DNA from: an uncultured Candidatus Binatia bacterium
GTDB taxonomy: Bacteria > Desulfobacterota > Binatia > UBA9968 > JAJDTQ01
Direction: 5' to 3'
Length of the DNA: 64,000 nt
Assembly (NCBI GenBank): GCA_965242525.1
Contig: OZ251459.1
Location: forward strand, 4,085,063 to 4,149,062
Under the pieces are notes generated by a model. The model ran no database searches, was not told the DNA's origin, and saw nothing but the letters and a program-made list of their open reading frames with translations. A program made the position numbers and the translations under genes. How positions within the stretch are numbered: position 1 is the stretch's first letter; every line of letters starts with the position of its first letter. Of the stretch, positions 1 to 8,678 are shown piece by piece.

Positions 1-613
1 GGACCTGGTCAAGCGCGGCAAGCCGGTGACCAGCGGCGGCAACGCTCCGGGCGCGGCCTTCGGCATCGGCCCCCAGTTCGTGCAGGATCTGGGCGGTCCG
101 ATCAAGATGGTCTATGGCTACGGCGGCACCTCCGAGATCATGGCCGCCTTCGACCGGGACGAGATGGAAGGCGTCGATCGCTGCGTCGAGGAGAACGTGC
201 CGCGGCTGTTCCCGAAATGGATCACCGACAAGAAGGCGGCGCCCATCTTCTGGTGGGAAAAGGAACCCTCCAAGGACTGGCTGGGCCAGCTCGGAGCCGC
301 CGACGTGCCGCACATCTTCGAGGTGGTGAACGCCACCGAGGAGCAGCAGAACGCCTTCCTCGTGGCCCAGAGGTTCAACACGTTCAGCCGGATCTACGTG
401 CTCCAGCCCGGCGTCCCGAACGACGTGTACGGCGTCTGGAAGAAGGCCTTCGAGTCAACCACGAAGGACGCCGGGTTCCTGAAGGCCGCAGGGGTCGCGG
501 GCTACGAGGTCTCGCTGGGCACCGCGGAAGACTTCAACGATGGGCTCAAGCGCTACCAGTCCCTTACCCCGGACGGGGAAAAGCTGCTCAAGAGGCTCAT
601 GGGCATCAACTAG
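1..613 (+). CDS. Tripartite tricarboxylate transporter substrate-binding protein (TctC/Bug family), 5'-partial
   Basis: Motifs 'VYGYGGTSEIMAAFDRDEMEG' and 'PGVPNDVYGVWKKAFESTTKDAGF' match the TctC C-terminal half; converges on tctB/tctA-like genes. Confidence 0.8.
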   Translation, partial: DLVKRGKPVTSGGNAPGAAFGIGPQFVQDLGGPIKMVYGYGGTSEIMAAFDRDEMEGVDRCVEENVPRLFPKWITDKKAAPIFWWEKEPSKDWLGQLGAADVPHIFEVVNATEEQQNAFLVAQRFNTFSRIYVLQPGVPNDVYGVWKKAFESTTKDAGFLKAAGVAGYEVSLGTAEDFNDGLKRYQSLTPDGEKLLKRLMGIN

Positions 614-636
614 CCATCCCGGAAGCTGCGGGCGCG

Positions 637-675
637 AAAACGGCCATCCGTCACTTGGCGGATGGCCGTTTTTTT
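637..675. terminator. Bidirectional intrinsic terminator
   Basis: AAAACGGCCATCCG-tcacttgg-CGGATGGCCGTTTT(TTT) hairpin with A and T tracts between convergent genes. Confidence 0.85.
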
Positions 676-681
676 CCCGGG

Positions 682-1227
682 TCAACCCCAGAACAGCCTG
701 AGGAGCGGGGGTTCGTGCCACGTGGCGTTCAGGAACCGGTCATAGACCAGCACGATCAGGGCCAGGAACAGGAGACCCAGGACCGAGGACCAGAACCACC
801 CGGCGCGGCCGTACACGAGCACGTAGAAGAAGACCCACAGCGGGACGGCGATGTGGAACCCCACCAGCCAGACCGCGGCGTAGAGGCCCAGGATGTAGAG
901 GCAGATGCGGGCGAAGCGCATCCTCTCGCCCCCGGGGTCGGCGCCGGTTCGGAAGCCCAGGTCCATGATCTGCCCGGATGCGGGCTCCCGGGCGCTGCGC
1001 ACCAGGACGACCAGGCGCAAGACCCAGAACGGCGTCCCCAACCCGATGGCGATGCGGGGCATGAGGGCCGAGCCTTCGGGCCAGGAGAAGGACTCGATGA
1101 ACATGTAGAGGAAGAGCCCGCCGACCATGGCCAGCAGGATGATCTCTCCCAGCACTTCCACGGAGAAGCCGCGCCGGGCGGTCCCCGCGGGGTCCTTGCC
1201 GGCGTTCGCCTGCCTGTTTCCATCCAT
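682..1227 (-). CDS. TctB-family small membrane subunit
   Basis: C-terminal part of ORF 682..2760 (MDGNRQ...). About 4-5 TM helices; start overlaps the tctA stop (TGATG). Confidence 0.8.
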   Translation of the reverse strand: MDGNRQANAGKDPAGTARRGFSVEVLGEIILLAMVGGLFLYMFIESFSWPEGSALMPRIAIGLGTPFWVLRLVVLVRSAREPASGQIMDLGFRTGADPGGERMRFARICLYILGLYAAVWLVGFHIAVPLWVFFYVLVYGRAGWFWSSVLGLLFLALIVLVYDRFLNATWHEPPLLRLFWG

Positions 1228-2762
1228 CAGATCTGGTCCGTCCCCGCTTCCTGCCCTTCCCCGGTGGACTCCTCCGCGGCCCTCTTGGCGCCCTGCTGCA
1301 TCCGCAGGCTCACCACCATCACCAGGACCATCACTGCGATGATGGCAAGGAACTGCGGGCGCGCGAACATGGACCAGCCATAGCTGTTGGCCGAGAGCCA
1401 GAGGTACTTCTCCACGATGTCCGCCAGCACCACCGCGATGAGGATCGGCGGACGGGGCCAGCCGTAGCGCTTCATGAAGAGCCCCAGGACGCCGAAGGCA
1501 AGCACCAGGCCCAGGTCCTCCATGGAGTAGGTGGCCTGGTAGGCGGCGAGGGTGACCAGGCCGATGATGACCGGGGCCAGGACGTTGGGCGATATGGCCG
1601 CGATGCGCGTCATGAAAGGCGCGAACCAGAGCATGATGGGCACCACCACCACGTTCCCCAGGACGATGGTGTAAACCAGGCTGATGGTGAGGTCCAGGTT
1701 CTCGGTCAGCATGGCCGGGCCCGGCTGCACCCCGGACAGCACCAGGATCGCCAGCAGGATGGCCATGCCGCCGCTCCCCGGTATGCCGAACACCACCGTG
1801 GGGATCAGCACGCCCCCGTCCACCGAGTTGTTGGCCGAGTCCGCGGCGATGACGCCCCTCACGTCGCCCTTGCCGAAGGTCTCCATGGCGCCCTTCTCGG
1901 TATGGCGCGCCTGGGCGTAGGCGATCCAGTGGGCCCCCGACGAGCCGATGCCCGGCATCATCCCCACGAAGGTGCCGATGAGGGACGAGCGCACCAGCAG
2001 CCACTTGTTGCGAAGGGCTTCGCGCATGCCCTTGTACACGTCCCGGTCCGCCTCCTTCAGCATGGTTTCGAGACGTTCCCGGGCGATGGGGGTGTTGGAC
2101 ACCACCAGGTCCACCACCTCGGGCAGCGCGAACAGGCCGATGACCACCGGGGCCAGCGGTATCCCGTCCCAGAGGTAGTCGATGCCGAAGGTGGAGCGGG
2201 CGTTGCCGCCGATGACGGAGAAACCGATCATGGAGATGGCGAGGCCGAAACAGGCCGTGAGCATGCCCTTGACGAACGCTCCCGAACTGACGATGGCCAC
2301 GCACATGAGCCCCAGGAGCGACAGCAGGAAGAACTCCGCGGACCCGAAGAGCTTCAGCAGTTCCCGTGAGACGGGCAGGGCGAGGAGCAGGGCGAGGGCG
2401 CCCACGATGCCGCCCACCAGCGTGCACATGTAGCTGGCCCCCAAGGCCACGCCGGCCAGCCCCTTGCGGGACATGGGATAGCCGTCGAGGATGGTGGCCT
2501 GGGCCGAGCGGGCGCCCGGAATCCCCATGAGTATGGAGGGGACCGGCTCGGTGATGTCGCTGGCCGCCAGGAAGAACACCACCGCGGTCACCGTGATCCA
2601 CGGGTCCACGTACCCGGCGAACCCCAGCAGCACCACCGCCACGGGAAGGTTCCCCCCGGGCATGAGGCCCGAGACCAGCGCAACGGGCAGCATCACCAGC
2701 ATGGCCAGCAGCGGCCCGGTGGAAAAGAGCTTGTCCGCCGCGCTTATGGCAGCTTCCCACAT
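1227..2762 (-). CDS. TctA-family tripartite tricarboxylate transporter permease
   Basis: 'GIPGARSAQATILDGYPM' and 'GVIAADSANNS...LIPTVVFGIPGS' TctA signatures; start set at MWEAA. Confidence 0.9.
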   Translation of the reverse strand: MWEAAISAADKLFSTGPLLAMLVMLPVALVSGLMPGGNLPVAVVLLGFAGYVDPWITVTAVVFFLAASDITEPVPSILMGIPGARSAQATILDGYPMSRKGLAGVALGASYMCTLVGGIVGALALLLALPVSRELLKLFGSAEFFLLSLLGLMCVAIVSSGAFVKGMLTACFGLAISMIGFSVIGGNARSTFGIDYLWDGIPLAPVVIGLFALPEVVDLVVSNTPIARERLETMLKEADRDVYKGMREALRNKWLLVRSSLIGTFVGMMPGIGSSGAHWIAYAQARHTEKGAMETFGKGDVRGVIAADSANNSVDGGVLIPTVVFGIPGSGGMAILLAILVLSGVQPGPAMLTENLDLTISLVYTIVLGNVVVVPIMLWFAPFMTRIAAISPNVLAPVIIGLVTLAAYQATYSMEDLGLVLAFGVLGLFMKRYGWPRPPILIAVVLADIVEKYLWLSANSYGWSMFARPQFLAIIAVMVLVMVVSLRMQQGAKRAAEESTGEGQEAGTDQI

Positions 2763-2863
2763 GTGTCCCTCACGAACCCTCGGAGCGACGGCGTTGCGCC
2801 GCGGCCCCGCGCCAATGCGAAGTGCTGACTTGCCATGACCGGCGCGTGCTGTCAACTTGACCC

Positions 2864-3736
2864 ATGCCCATCGAAGTCCTCGCCCTGCTGACGGCGCTGT
2901 CCTACGCCACGGCCAACGTCTCGGCCCGGTGGGGGCTGCGGTACTCGACTCCCAACACCGCGGTCATCTTCTCCCTGACCCTGCATGCGGTGGGACTCTC
3001 CACCCTGGCGCTCCTCACCGGAGGCGTGGCCGCGGTCCCCCGGACCGCCCTCTACCTCGTGGTCGCCACCGGCCTGCTGCAGGCCCTGCTGCGCTCCTGC
3101 CACTACCTAGCCATATCCCGGGTCGGCGTATCCCGGGCCGTGACCCTGCGCAACACGCACCCCATGTTCGCCGTCCTCATCGGCATCACGGTCCTGGGAG
3201 AGCAGGCGGGGGCGCTCAACCTCCTGGGAGTGGCGCTGATCGTGGGCGGCACGGCCTTCACCTCGTGGCGGATGGACGAGAACGTCCCGGACTTCCGCCC
3301 GAAATACCTCTGGCTGCCGGCCGCCACCTGCGTCATCACCGCCACGGTCCACCCCGTCCGACGGTACGCCCTGACCATCGCCCAGGAGCCGCTCTTCTTC
3401 GCCGCCCTGGTGGGCGTGGTCTCGCTGGCCTGCTTCGCCGCCTACCTGGCGCTGCCGCTGCCCCGGGAGAAGCTGATGTGGCACCCCAAGGCCCTGCTGC
3501 CCTTCGCCGTCTCGGGGGTCAGCGAGACCCTGGCCATCCTGTTCCTGTTCTTCGCCCTGGCCTCGGGTCCGGTGGTAGTGGTCTCGCCCATCGCCGCCAC
3601 CTCCCCGGTCTGGACCGTGATCCTCGCCAGCATCGTCCTGCGCCGCGTCGAGCGCACCACGCTGGCGGTGGTCCTCGGCACCCTGCTGGTGGTGGCGGGG
3701 GCGGCGTGCGTGGCGGTGGGGAGGATCGGGGGTTAG
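2864..3736 (+). CDS. DMT/EamA family transporter
   Basis: 290 aa, about 10 TM helices, two EamA-like halves. Confidence 0.85.
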   Translation: MPIEVLALLTALSYATANVSARWGLRYSTPNTAVIFSLTLHAVGLSTLALLTGGVAAVPRTALYLVVATGLLQALLRSCHYLAISRVGVSRAVTLRNTHPMFAVLIGITVLGEQAGALNLLGVALIVGGTAFTSWRMDENVPDFRPKYLWLPAATCVITATVHPVRRYALTIAQEPLFFAALVGVVSLACFAAYLALPLPREKLMWHPKALLPFAVSGVSETLAILFLFFALASGPVVVVSPIAATSPVWTVILASIVLRRVERTTLAVVLGTLLVVAGAACVAVGRIGG

Positions 3737-3832
3737 GGAGACCCTGGACCATCGAGACATGGATGGGGGACTTCCTTCACCCTGACTATCCTTCCCCGTT
3801 ACGGGGGATTGCCCTCACCCCGACCCTCATTC

Positions 3833-3875
3833 CCGTTCGTCCTGAGCGTAGCGAAGCGAAGTCGAAGGACGCGCT
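3833..3875 (+). repeat. Palindromic extragenic repeat family A, copy 1
   Basis: CCGTTCGTCCTGAGCGTAGCGAAGCGAAGTCGAAGGACGCGCT; near-identical in 9 places in the window. Confidence 0.9.
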
Positions 3876-4059
3876 CCTTTGAGCCGGGCGGGCGACCGGG
3901 CCGCTACAAGACCATCGAGGTCTTCGGCCGAAGCACCGAGTGGTCTCGGCCGTGCCCTTCCGCGACCGGGTGGCGCAGAGGGCGAATCGGGTTGACGCAC
4001 GCCAAGGATCCGCTGGCGCCGTGCGTCCAACTTGGCGACGGGGGGAGAACGGCGGATGA

Positions 4060-4605
4060 ATGGCGGATAGCGACAGGGTGTTGAGCCGGCGGGCCGGCGA
4101 GGGCGACCGGGAGGCGTTCGCGGAGTTGGTGGAGCGGCACTATGAACGGATCTACCGGATCGGGTTGCGCCTGCTCGGGGATGCGGACGACGCCGCGGAC
4201 TTGGCCCAGGAGGTCTGCGAGGGGCTCGCCCGGAAGGTCCGGTCCTATCGCGGAGAGAGCGAGTTCACCACTTGGCTCTACCGGATCGTGGTCAACGCCG
4301 CGCGCGACGCGGTGCGGCGTAATGCGGCCCGGCGACGGGCCAACCAGCGCTACGCGGACGTGAGCGCGCTGGCGCGCGCCGGGGCCGCGGCCCGGGAGGC
4401 GGAGGCGCGCTGGCTCTACGAGGTCCTGGCCGTCCTGACCGACGATCTCCGCGAGACCGCGGTGCTGGTGCTGCAGGAAGGGCTCGGCCATGCCGAGGCC
4501 GGGGAGGTCCTGGGAGTGAAGGAATCCACCGTCTCCTGGCGCATGCACGAGGTGCGCAAGCGGCTGAAAGCGCTGGCCCGGGCCGGCGGGGATGGACTGC
4601 CATGA
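4060..4605 (+). CDS. ECF RNA polymerase sigma factor
   Basis: 'GDREAFAELVERHY', 'DAADLAQEV', 'FTTWLYRIVVN' (region 2); 'EAGEVLGVKESTV' (region 4). Confidence 0.92.
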   Translation: MADSDRVLSRRAGEGDREAFAELVERHYERIYRIGLRLLGDADDAADLAQEVCEGLARKVRSYRGESEFTTWLYRIVVNAARDAVRRNAARRRANQRYADVSALARAGAAAREAEARWLYEVLAVLTDDLRETAVLVLQEGLGHAEAGEVLGVKESTVSWRMHEVRKRLKALARAGGDGLP

Positions 4606-6653
4606 CGGACGAGTTGAAGCGGCTGGAAGAGGCGCTGCGCGGGCCGTTGCCCGGACCCGAACCGCAGGCGCGCGAACGCGCCCTGGCCGCGGCTCTGGCG
4701 GCCTTCGATGCGGCGGGCCAACAAGCCCGCCAAGGATCGCGCGCCGCGGAACGTCCAATGGGGCGAGCTTGGATTTGGCTCGAAAACCTTTTCAGGAGGA
4801 ACGCCATGAACCTTGCCCGCGCCAACTTTCGCTACCGCCTCATAGGCGCCGCCGGCCTTGCGGTGCTCGCGGCGGCGGTCGCCGCCAGGACGCTCATCAC
4901 GGACCCGGCCTCCGTGTACGGTCCCGAAGAGGACATGCATGCCTTGTCGTTGCCGAGCCCGGTCGAGCAGCCCATGGGGGGTTCCATGCCGGAGTTCGCC
5001 AGCAACAAGGCGAGAGAATTGTCGTTGCGGAGCCTGGTCGAGCAGCGCATGAGGGAGATGGAGATGCCGCGCATGAGGGAGATGGAGATGTCGGCTTTGC
5101 ACGCACGCCCGCCGGAGAGCAGCGGGAGACCGAAAGAGTCGATAGAGGGTCTGATGAACTTCATGGTGGGCCCGCACGTCTCGGACGATACCCCGGAGGT
5201 CCACGAACACTTGCAGGGCCGCGACCGCTTCCCTGCCTTCGGGACCAACCCGGTCAAGGCGGTGGCCCGGGAACCGGTATCGACCTTCTCCATCGACGTG
5301 GACACCGCCTCCTACGGCTTCGTGCGCGCCGCGCTGAACCGGGGCGCCCTGCCCCCGCCCGAGGCGGTCCGGGTCGAGGAACTGGTCAACTATTTCCCCT
5401 ACGACTACGAGGCCCCCGGGGACCGGCAGGCCCCCTTCGCCGTGGGCGTCTCGCTGATGCCGACGCCGTGGAACCCCGCCACCCGGCTCATGCACGTCGG
5501 TATCCGGGGCTACGCCCTGGCGCCCGAGGCGAAGCCCCGGACCAACCTGGTCTTCCTCATCGACACCTCGGGCTCCATGCACGAACCCGAGCGGCTGCCG
5601 CTGCTGGTGCGCTCCCTCAAGCTGCTGCTCGACGCCCTGGCGCCCGACGACACCGTGGCCATCGCGGCCTACGCGGGTTCCGCCGGCGTCGTGCTGGAGC
5701 CCACCCGGGCGGCCGAGCGGAGGAAGATCCTGGCGGCCCTCGACGGCTTGGACGCGGGCGGCTCCACCGCGGGCGCCGAAGGCCTCCGGCTGGCCTATGG
5801 ACTGGCCGAGCAGAACTTCGCCGAAGACCGCATCAACCGGGTCATCCTCGCCACCGACGGCGACTTCAACGTCGGCGTCTCCGACCCCGGGGAGTTGGAG
5901 CGCTACGTGGCGCGCAAGCGCGCCACCGGCGTGTTCCTGTCGGTGCTGGGCTTCGGCATGGGCAACTACCACGACGAGATGATGCAGGCCCTGGCCCAGA
6001 ACGGCAACGGCCACGCCGCCTACATCGACAGCCTGTCCGAGGCCCGCAAGGTGCTGGTGGAGGAGGCCACTTCGACGCTGTTCCCCATCGCCAGGGACGT
6101 CAAGGTCCAGGTGGAGTTCAACCCGGCGCTGGTGAGCGAGTACCGGCTCATCGGCTACGAGACCCGCAGGCTGGCGCGGGAGGACTTCAACGACGACAAG
6201 GTGGACGCCGGGGAGGTCGGCGCCGGCCACACGGTGACCGCCATCTACGAGTTGACGCCGGCCGGTTCGGGCGCCGAGCGGATGGAGCCCTCGCGGTACC
6301 GGCCCGAAGGTCCCGATGCCGGGACCCCGGACCCCCGCTTCGCCGGGGAGTACGCCTTCCTCAAGATCCGCTACAAGCTGCCCGACCGTGACGACAGCAC
6401 CCTGATCACCCGCACGGTGACCCGCGCCGACGAGGCGGAAGGGGTGGGCGGCGCCCCGCAGGAGGCGCGGTTCGCCGCAGCCGTGGCCGGCTTCGGCCAG
6501 TTGCTGCGCGGCGGCCGCTACACCGGCGACTACGGCTACGACGATGTCCTCGCCCTGGCCCGGGACGCCCGGGGCGAGGACCGCTTCGGCTACCGCGCCG
6601 AGTTCCTCAACCTCGTCCGGTCCGCGGCCGCCCTCGAAGCGCAACGGCCCTGA
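4602..6653 (+). CDS. YfbK-like vWA domain protein with an N-terminal putative anti-sigma/TM segment
   Basis: 'STFSIDVDTASY', MIDAS 'FLIDTSGSM', 'ILATDGDFNVG', 'YRLIGYETR', 'DAGEVGAGH'; ATGA overlap with the ECF gene. Confidence 0.88.
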   Translation: MTDELKRLEEALRGPLPGPEPQARERALAAALAAFDAAGQQARQGSRAAERPMGRAWIWLENLFRRNAMNLARANFRYRLIGAAGLAVLAAAVAARTLITDPASVYGPEEDMHALSLPSPVEQPMGGSMPEFASNKARELSLRSLVEQRMREMEMPRMREMEMSALHARPPESSGRPKESIEGLMNFMVGPHVSDDTPEVHEHLQGRDRFPAFGTNPVKAVAREPVSTFSIDVDTASYGFVRAALNRGALPPPEAVRVEELVNYFPYDYEAPGDRQAPFAVGVSLMPTPWNPATRLMHVGIRGYALAPEAKPRTNLVFLIDTSGSMHEPERLPLLVRSLKLLLDALAPDDTVAIAAYAGSAGVVLEPTRAAERRKILAALDGLDAGGSTAGAEGLRLAYGLAEQNFAEDRINRVILATDGDFNVGVSDPGELERYVARKRATGVFLSVLGFGMGNYHDEMMQALAQNGNGHAAYIDSLSEARKVLVEEATSTLFPIARDVKVQVEFNPALVSEYRLIGYETRRLAREDFNDDKVDAGEVGAGHTVTAIYELTPAGSGAERMEPSRYRPEGPDAGTPDPRFAGEYAFLKIRYKLPDRDDSTLITRTVTRADEAEGVGGAPQEARFAAAVAGFGQLLRGGRYTGDYGYDDVLALARDARGEDRFGYRAEFLNLVRSAAALEAQRP

Positions 6654-6656
6654 ACC

Positions 6657-6695
6657 CGTCCTTCGACTTCGCTTCGCTACGCTCAGGACGAACGG
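6657..6695 (-). repeat. Palindromic repeat family A, copy 2 (inverted), with TIR-like GTTCAGGGTTTCC at 6704-6716
   Basis: Reverse complement of the family A consensus directly after the vWA stop codon. Confidence 0.9.
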
Positions 6696-6952
6696 AGGGC
6701 TTGGTTCAGGGTTTCCGCAACCCTGAACCCCTTTCCGGACCGCAGCCTTGCGCCGCTCCAGCGCAGCGGCCTCGGCTGCGGTCTTGCCTCAGGATGTGCA
6801 ACGGCGTCACGGGTTCCTCCACCGCGGAAGAACAGGAGGGAGAAAGGACGAAAACGAGTTTCAAGCGTCCCGCTTGTAGAGTACCGCCCGCTCAAGGTAC
6901 TAAGGAACGGACTCTCTGATTCCCGGTTCTCGATCTCTCCAGGGAGGCGTTC

Positions 6953-8056
6953 ATGCTTCGAAACATGGTTTGGGCGGCGGTTGCGGCGCTGGCGCTGTCC
7001 TCGTCTCCCCTGTGGGCGGACTACGACGCGGGGCGGAAGGCATGGAATGCGGGCAATCCCGCGCAGGCGCTGTCGGAGTGGCGGACGGCGGCGAACGCGG
7101 GGGACCGGCGGGCCATGCTGGCGTTGGGACGGCTGTATGCCCGGGGGCTGGGAGCGCCGCAGAATTACGTGTTGGCGCACGTGTGGCTCAACTTGGCGGC
7201 GAGCCGGGGAGAGTTGGCGGCAGTGAAGGATCGAGACGCGATCGAGGCGAAGCTGATGCCGGCGGAACGGGCAGAGGCGCAGAAGCGGGCGCAGGGCTTG
7301 GGAGAGAGGGTGGAACGAGGAGAGCGTTTGGCGAGAAAGTACCCGCCGGGAAGGAGGCTGCGGGACTGTGATGAGTGTCCTGAGCTGGTGGCGGTTCCCC
7401 GGGGGAGTTACAGGATGGGTCCTTCGCTTTCCGTGCATCGTGTGGTGATAGGGGAGCCGTTTGCTGTGGGGATGTACGAGGTAACGTTCGATGAGTGGGA
7501 AGCGTGTGTGCGAGGGGGTGGGTGCAACGGATATCGGCCGGATGACGAAGGTTGGGGCCGGGGTCGTCGGCCGGTAGTCAATGTGGATTGGGGGGATGCG
7601 AAGGCGTATGTGGAGTGGTTGTCGAGAGAGACGGGCAAGGAGTATCGGTTGTTGAGCGAGTCGGAGTGGGAGTACGTGGCGCGAGGGGGGAGCAGGACGA
7701 GGTATCATTGGGGAGACTCGATAAGGCAGAACCGTGCGAATTGCAATGGTTGCGGGAGTCGGTGGGACAACGAGAGGACAGCGCCGGTGGGGAGTTTCGG
7801 AGCGAACGGATTTGGATTGTACGACGTGCACGGGAACGTGTGGGAGTGGGTGGAGGACTGTTGGAACGACGATTACGTGGGGGCGCCATCGGATGGGAGC
7901 GCATGGGAGAGTGGGCAATGTCGCCGGCGGGTGCTTCGCGGGGGTTCCTGGAGCTACATTCCGTGGCTCCTGCGGTCCGCGAACCGCAACTGGCTCGCCA
8001 GCGGTATCCGGTTCAACAACGTCGGGTTCCGTGTTGCCCGGACGCTCACCCTGTGA
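6953..8056 (+). CDS. Secreted Sel1-repeat + FGE-sulfatase (SUMF1, CLec fold) protein; probable DGR target
   Basis: Signal peptide; Sel1 motif 'AMLALGRLYARGLGAPQNYVLAHVWLNLAA'; FGE motifs 'YRLLSESEWEYVAR', 'FGLYDVHGNVWEWVED', 'RVLRGGSW...GFRVAR'. Confidence 0.9.
   Translation: MLRNMVWAAVAALALSSSPLWADYDAGRKAWNAGNPAQALSEWRTAANAGDRRAMLALGRLYARGLGAPQNYVLAHVWLNLAASRGELAAVKDRDAIEAKLMPAERAEAQKRAQGLGERVERGERLARKYPPGRRLRDCDECPELVAVPRGSYRMGPSLSVHRVVIGEPFAVGMYEVTFDEWEACVRGGGCNGYRPDDEGWGRGRRPVVNVDWGDAKAYVEWLSRETGKEYRLLSESEWEYVARGGSRTRYHWGDSIRQNRANCNGCGSRWDNERTAPVGSFGANGFGLYDVHGNVWEWVEDCWNDDYVGAPSDGSAWESGQCRRRVLRGGSWSYIPWLLRSANRNWLASGIRFNNVGFRVARTLTL
7928..8056 (+). other. Putative DGR variable region (VR)
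   Basis: Codons at lectin-loop positions (AGC TAC ATT, TGG CTC, AAC TGG CTC GCC AGC, ATC, TTC AAC AAC GTC) can all be derived from AAC/AAT/AGG-type template codons by changes at adenines only. Confidence 0.7.
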
Positions 8057-8088
8057 ATCGTCGGCTCCTTGCCTCGGCGCTCCGCAGG

Positions 8089-8160
8089 CGGCGCCTGGAC
8101 GAGATCGGGTGCAAGATCGGGGCCTGGAGCAAGATACATCGTGTTAGGGAAAGCGCGTAA
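8089..8160 (+). pseudogene. 3' fragment of a DGR accessory variability determinant (Avd-like four-helix bundle)
   Basis: Translates RRLDEIGCKIGAWSKIHRVRESA*, matching the Avd C-terminal 'LxEIGxxxGxW' helix; no start codon or N-terminus. Confidence 0.6.
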
Positions 8161-8235
8161 CTTCTTGGACAGAAGGGCTACGCGGGCTATGTGGACGACT
8201 TCGCTCTGCTCCACGACGATCCCGAACGGTTACAT
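8161..8235 (+). pseudogene. Fragment of a DGR-type reverse transcriptase catalytic core
   Basis: Translates LLGQKGYAGYVDDFALLHDDPERLH, containing a YVDD motif in a 'Y-x-x-YVDDFxL' context; lies right after the Avd-like stop. Confidence 0.6.
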
Positions 8236-8315
8236 GGCGTCGTCGTCGTGTGTCGGGGCGACCGTTGTATCGTCCTGAAGTTTGTGGGAGTATTGGCAGA
8301 ACAAGGCAGGCGCCC

Positions 8316-8540
8316 ATGCGTACTTGCACCGCAGTCGTGGAACGCTGTCCCGACACGGGCCTCTATGTTGGCTACGTCCCGGGGTTTCCGGGGGCCCACA
8401 GTCAGGGAGAGACGCTCGAGGAGCTCGACGAGAACCTCAAGGAGGTGGTCGCCCTTCTCCTCGATGGCGGGGATCCCGTGTTGGAGGGCGAGTACGTCGG
8501 CGCCCGGACCGTCGTCGTAGCCTGCCCGTCCCCGTCCTGA
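8316..8540 (+). CDS. hicB: HicB-family antitoxin
   Basis: 'YVGYVPGFPGAHSQGETLEELDENLKEVVALLL'. Confidence 0.85.
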   Translation: MRTCTAVVERCPDTGLYVGYVPGFPGAHSQGETLEELDENLKEVVALLLDGGDPVLEGEYVGARTVVVACPSPS

Positions 8541-8656
8541 AACCGCGCGACGTCATCGTCATCCTTGCCGCACTCGGCTTCGAGGAAGCGCGCCAGCGTG
8601 GTTCACACAAGCAGTTTCGCCATGCCGACCGGAGTCGAGCCGGGCTTGACTCGTAG
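8519..8656 (+). pseudogene. hicA: Truncated HicA toxin
   Basis: 'PVLKPRDVIVILAALGFEEARQRGSHKQFRHAD' then an early stop; no start codon and the C-terminal half is missing. Confidence 0.75.
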
Positions 8657-8678
8657 TATCGAACCCAGGAGGAATCCG

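Noticed and set aside
6953-8240. Intact, autonomous DGR
   Set aside because: No template repeat and no full-length RT or avd in the window; only short fragments remain.
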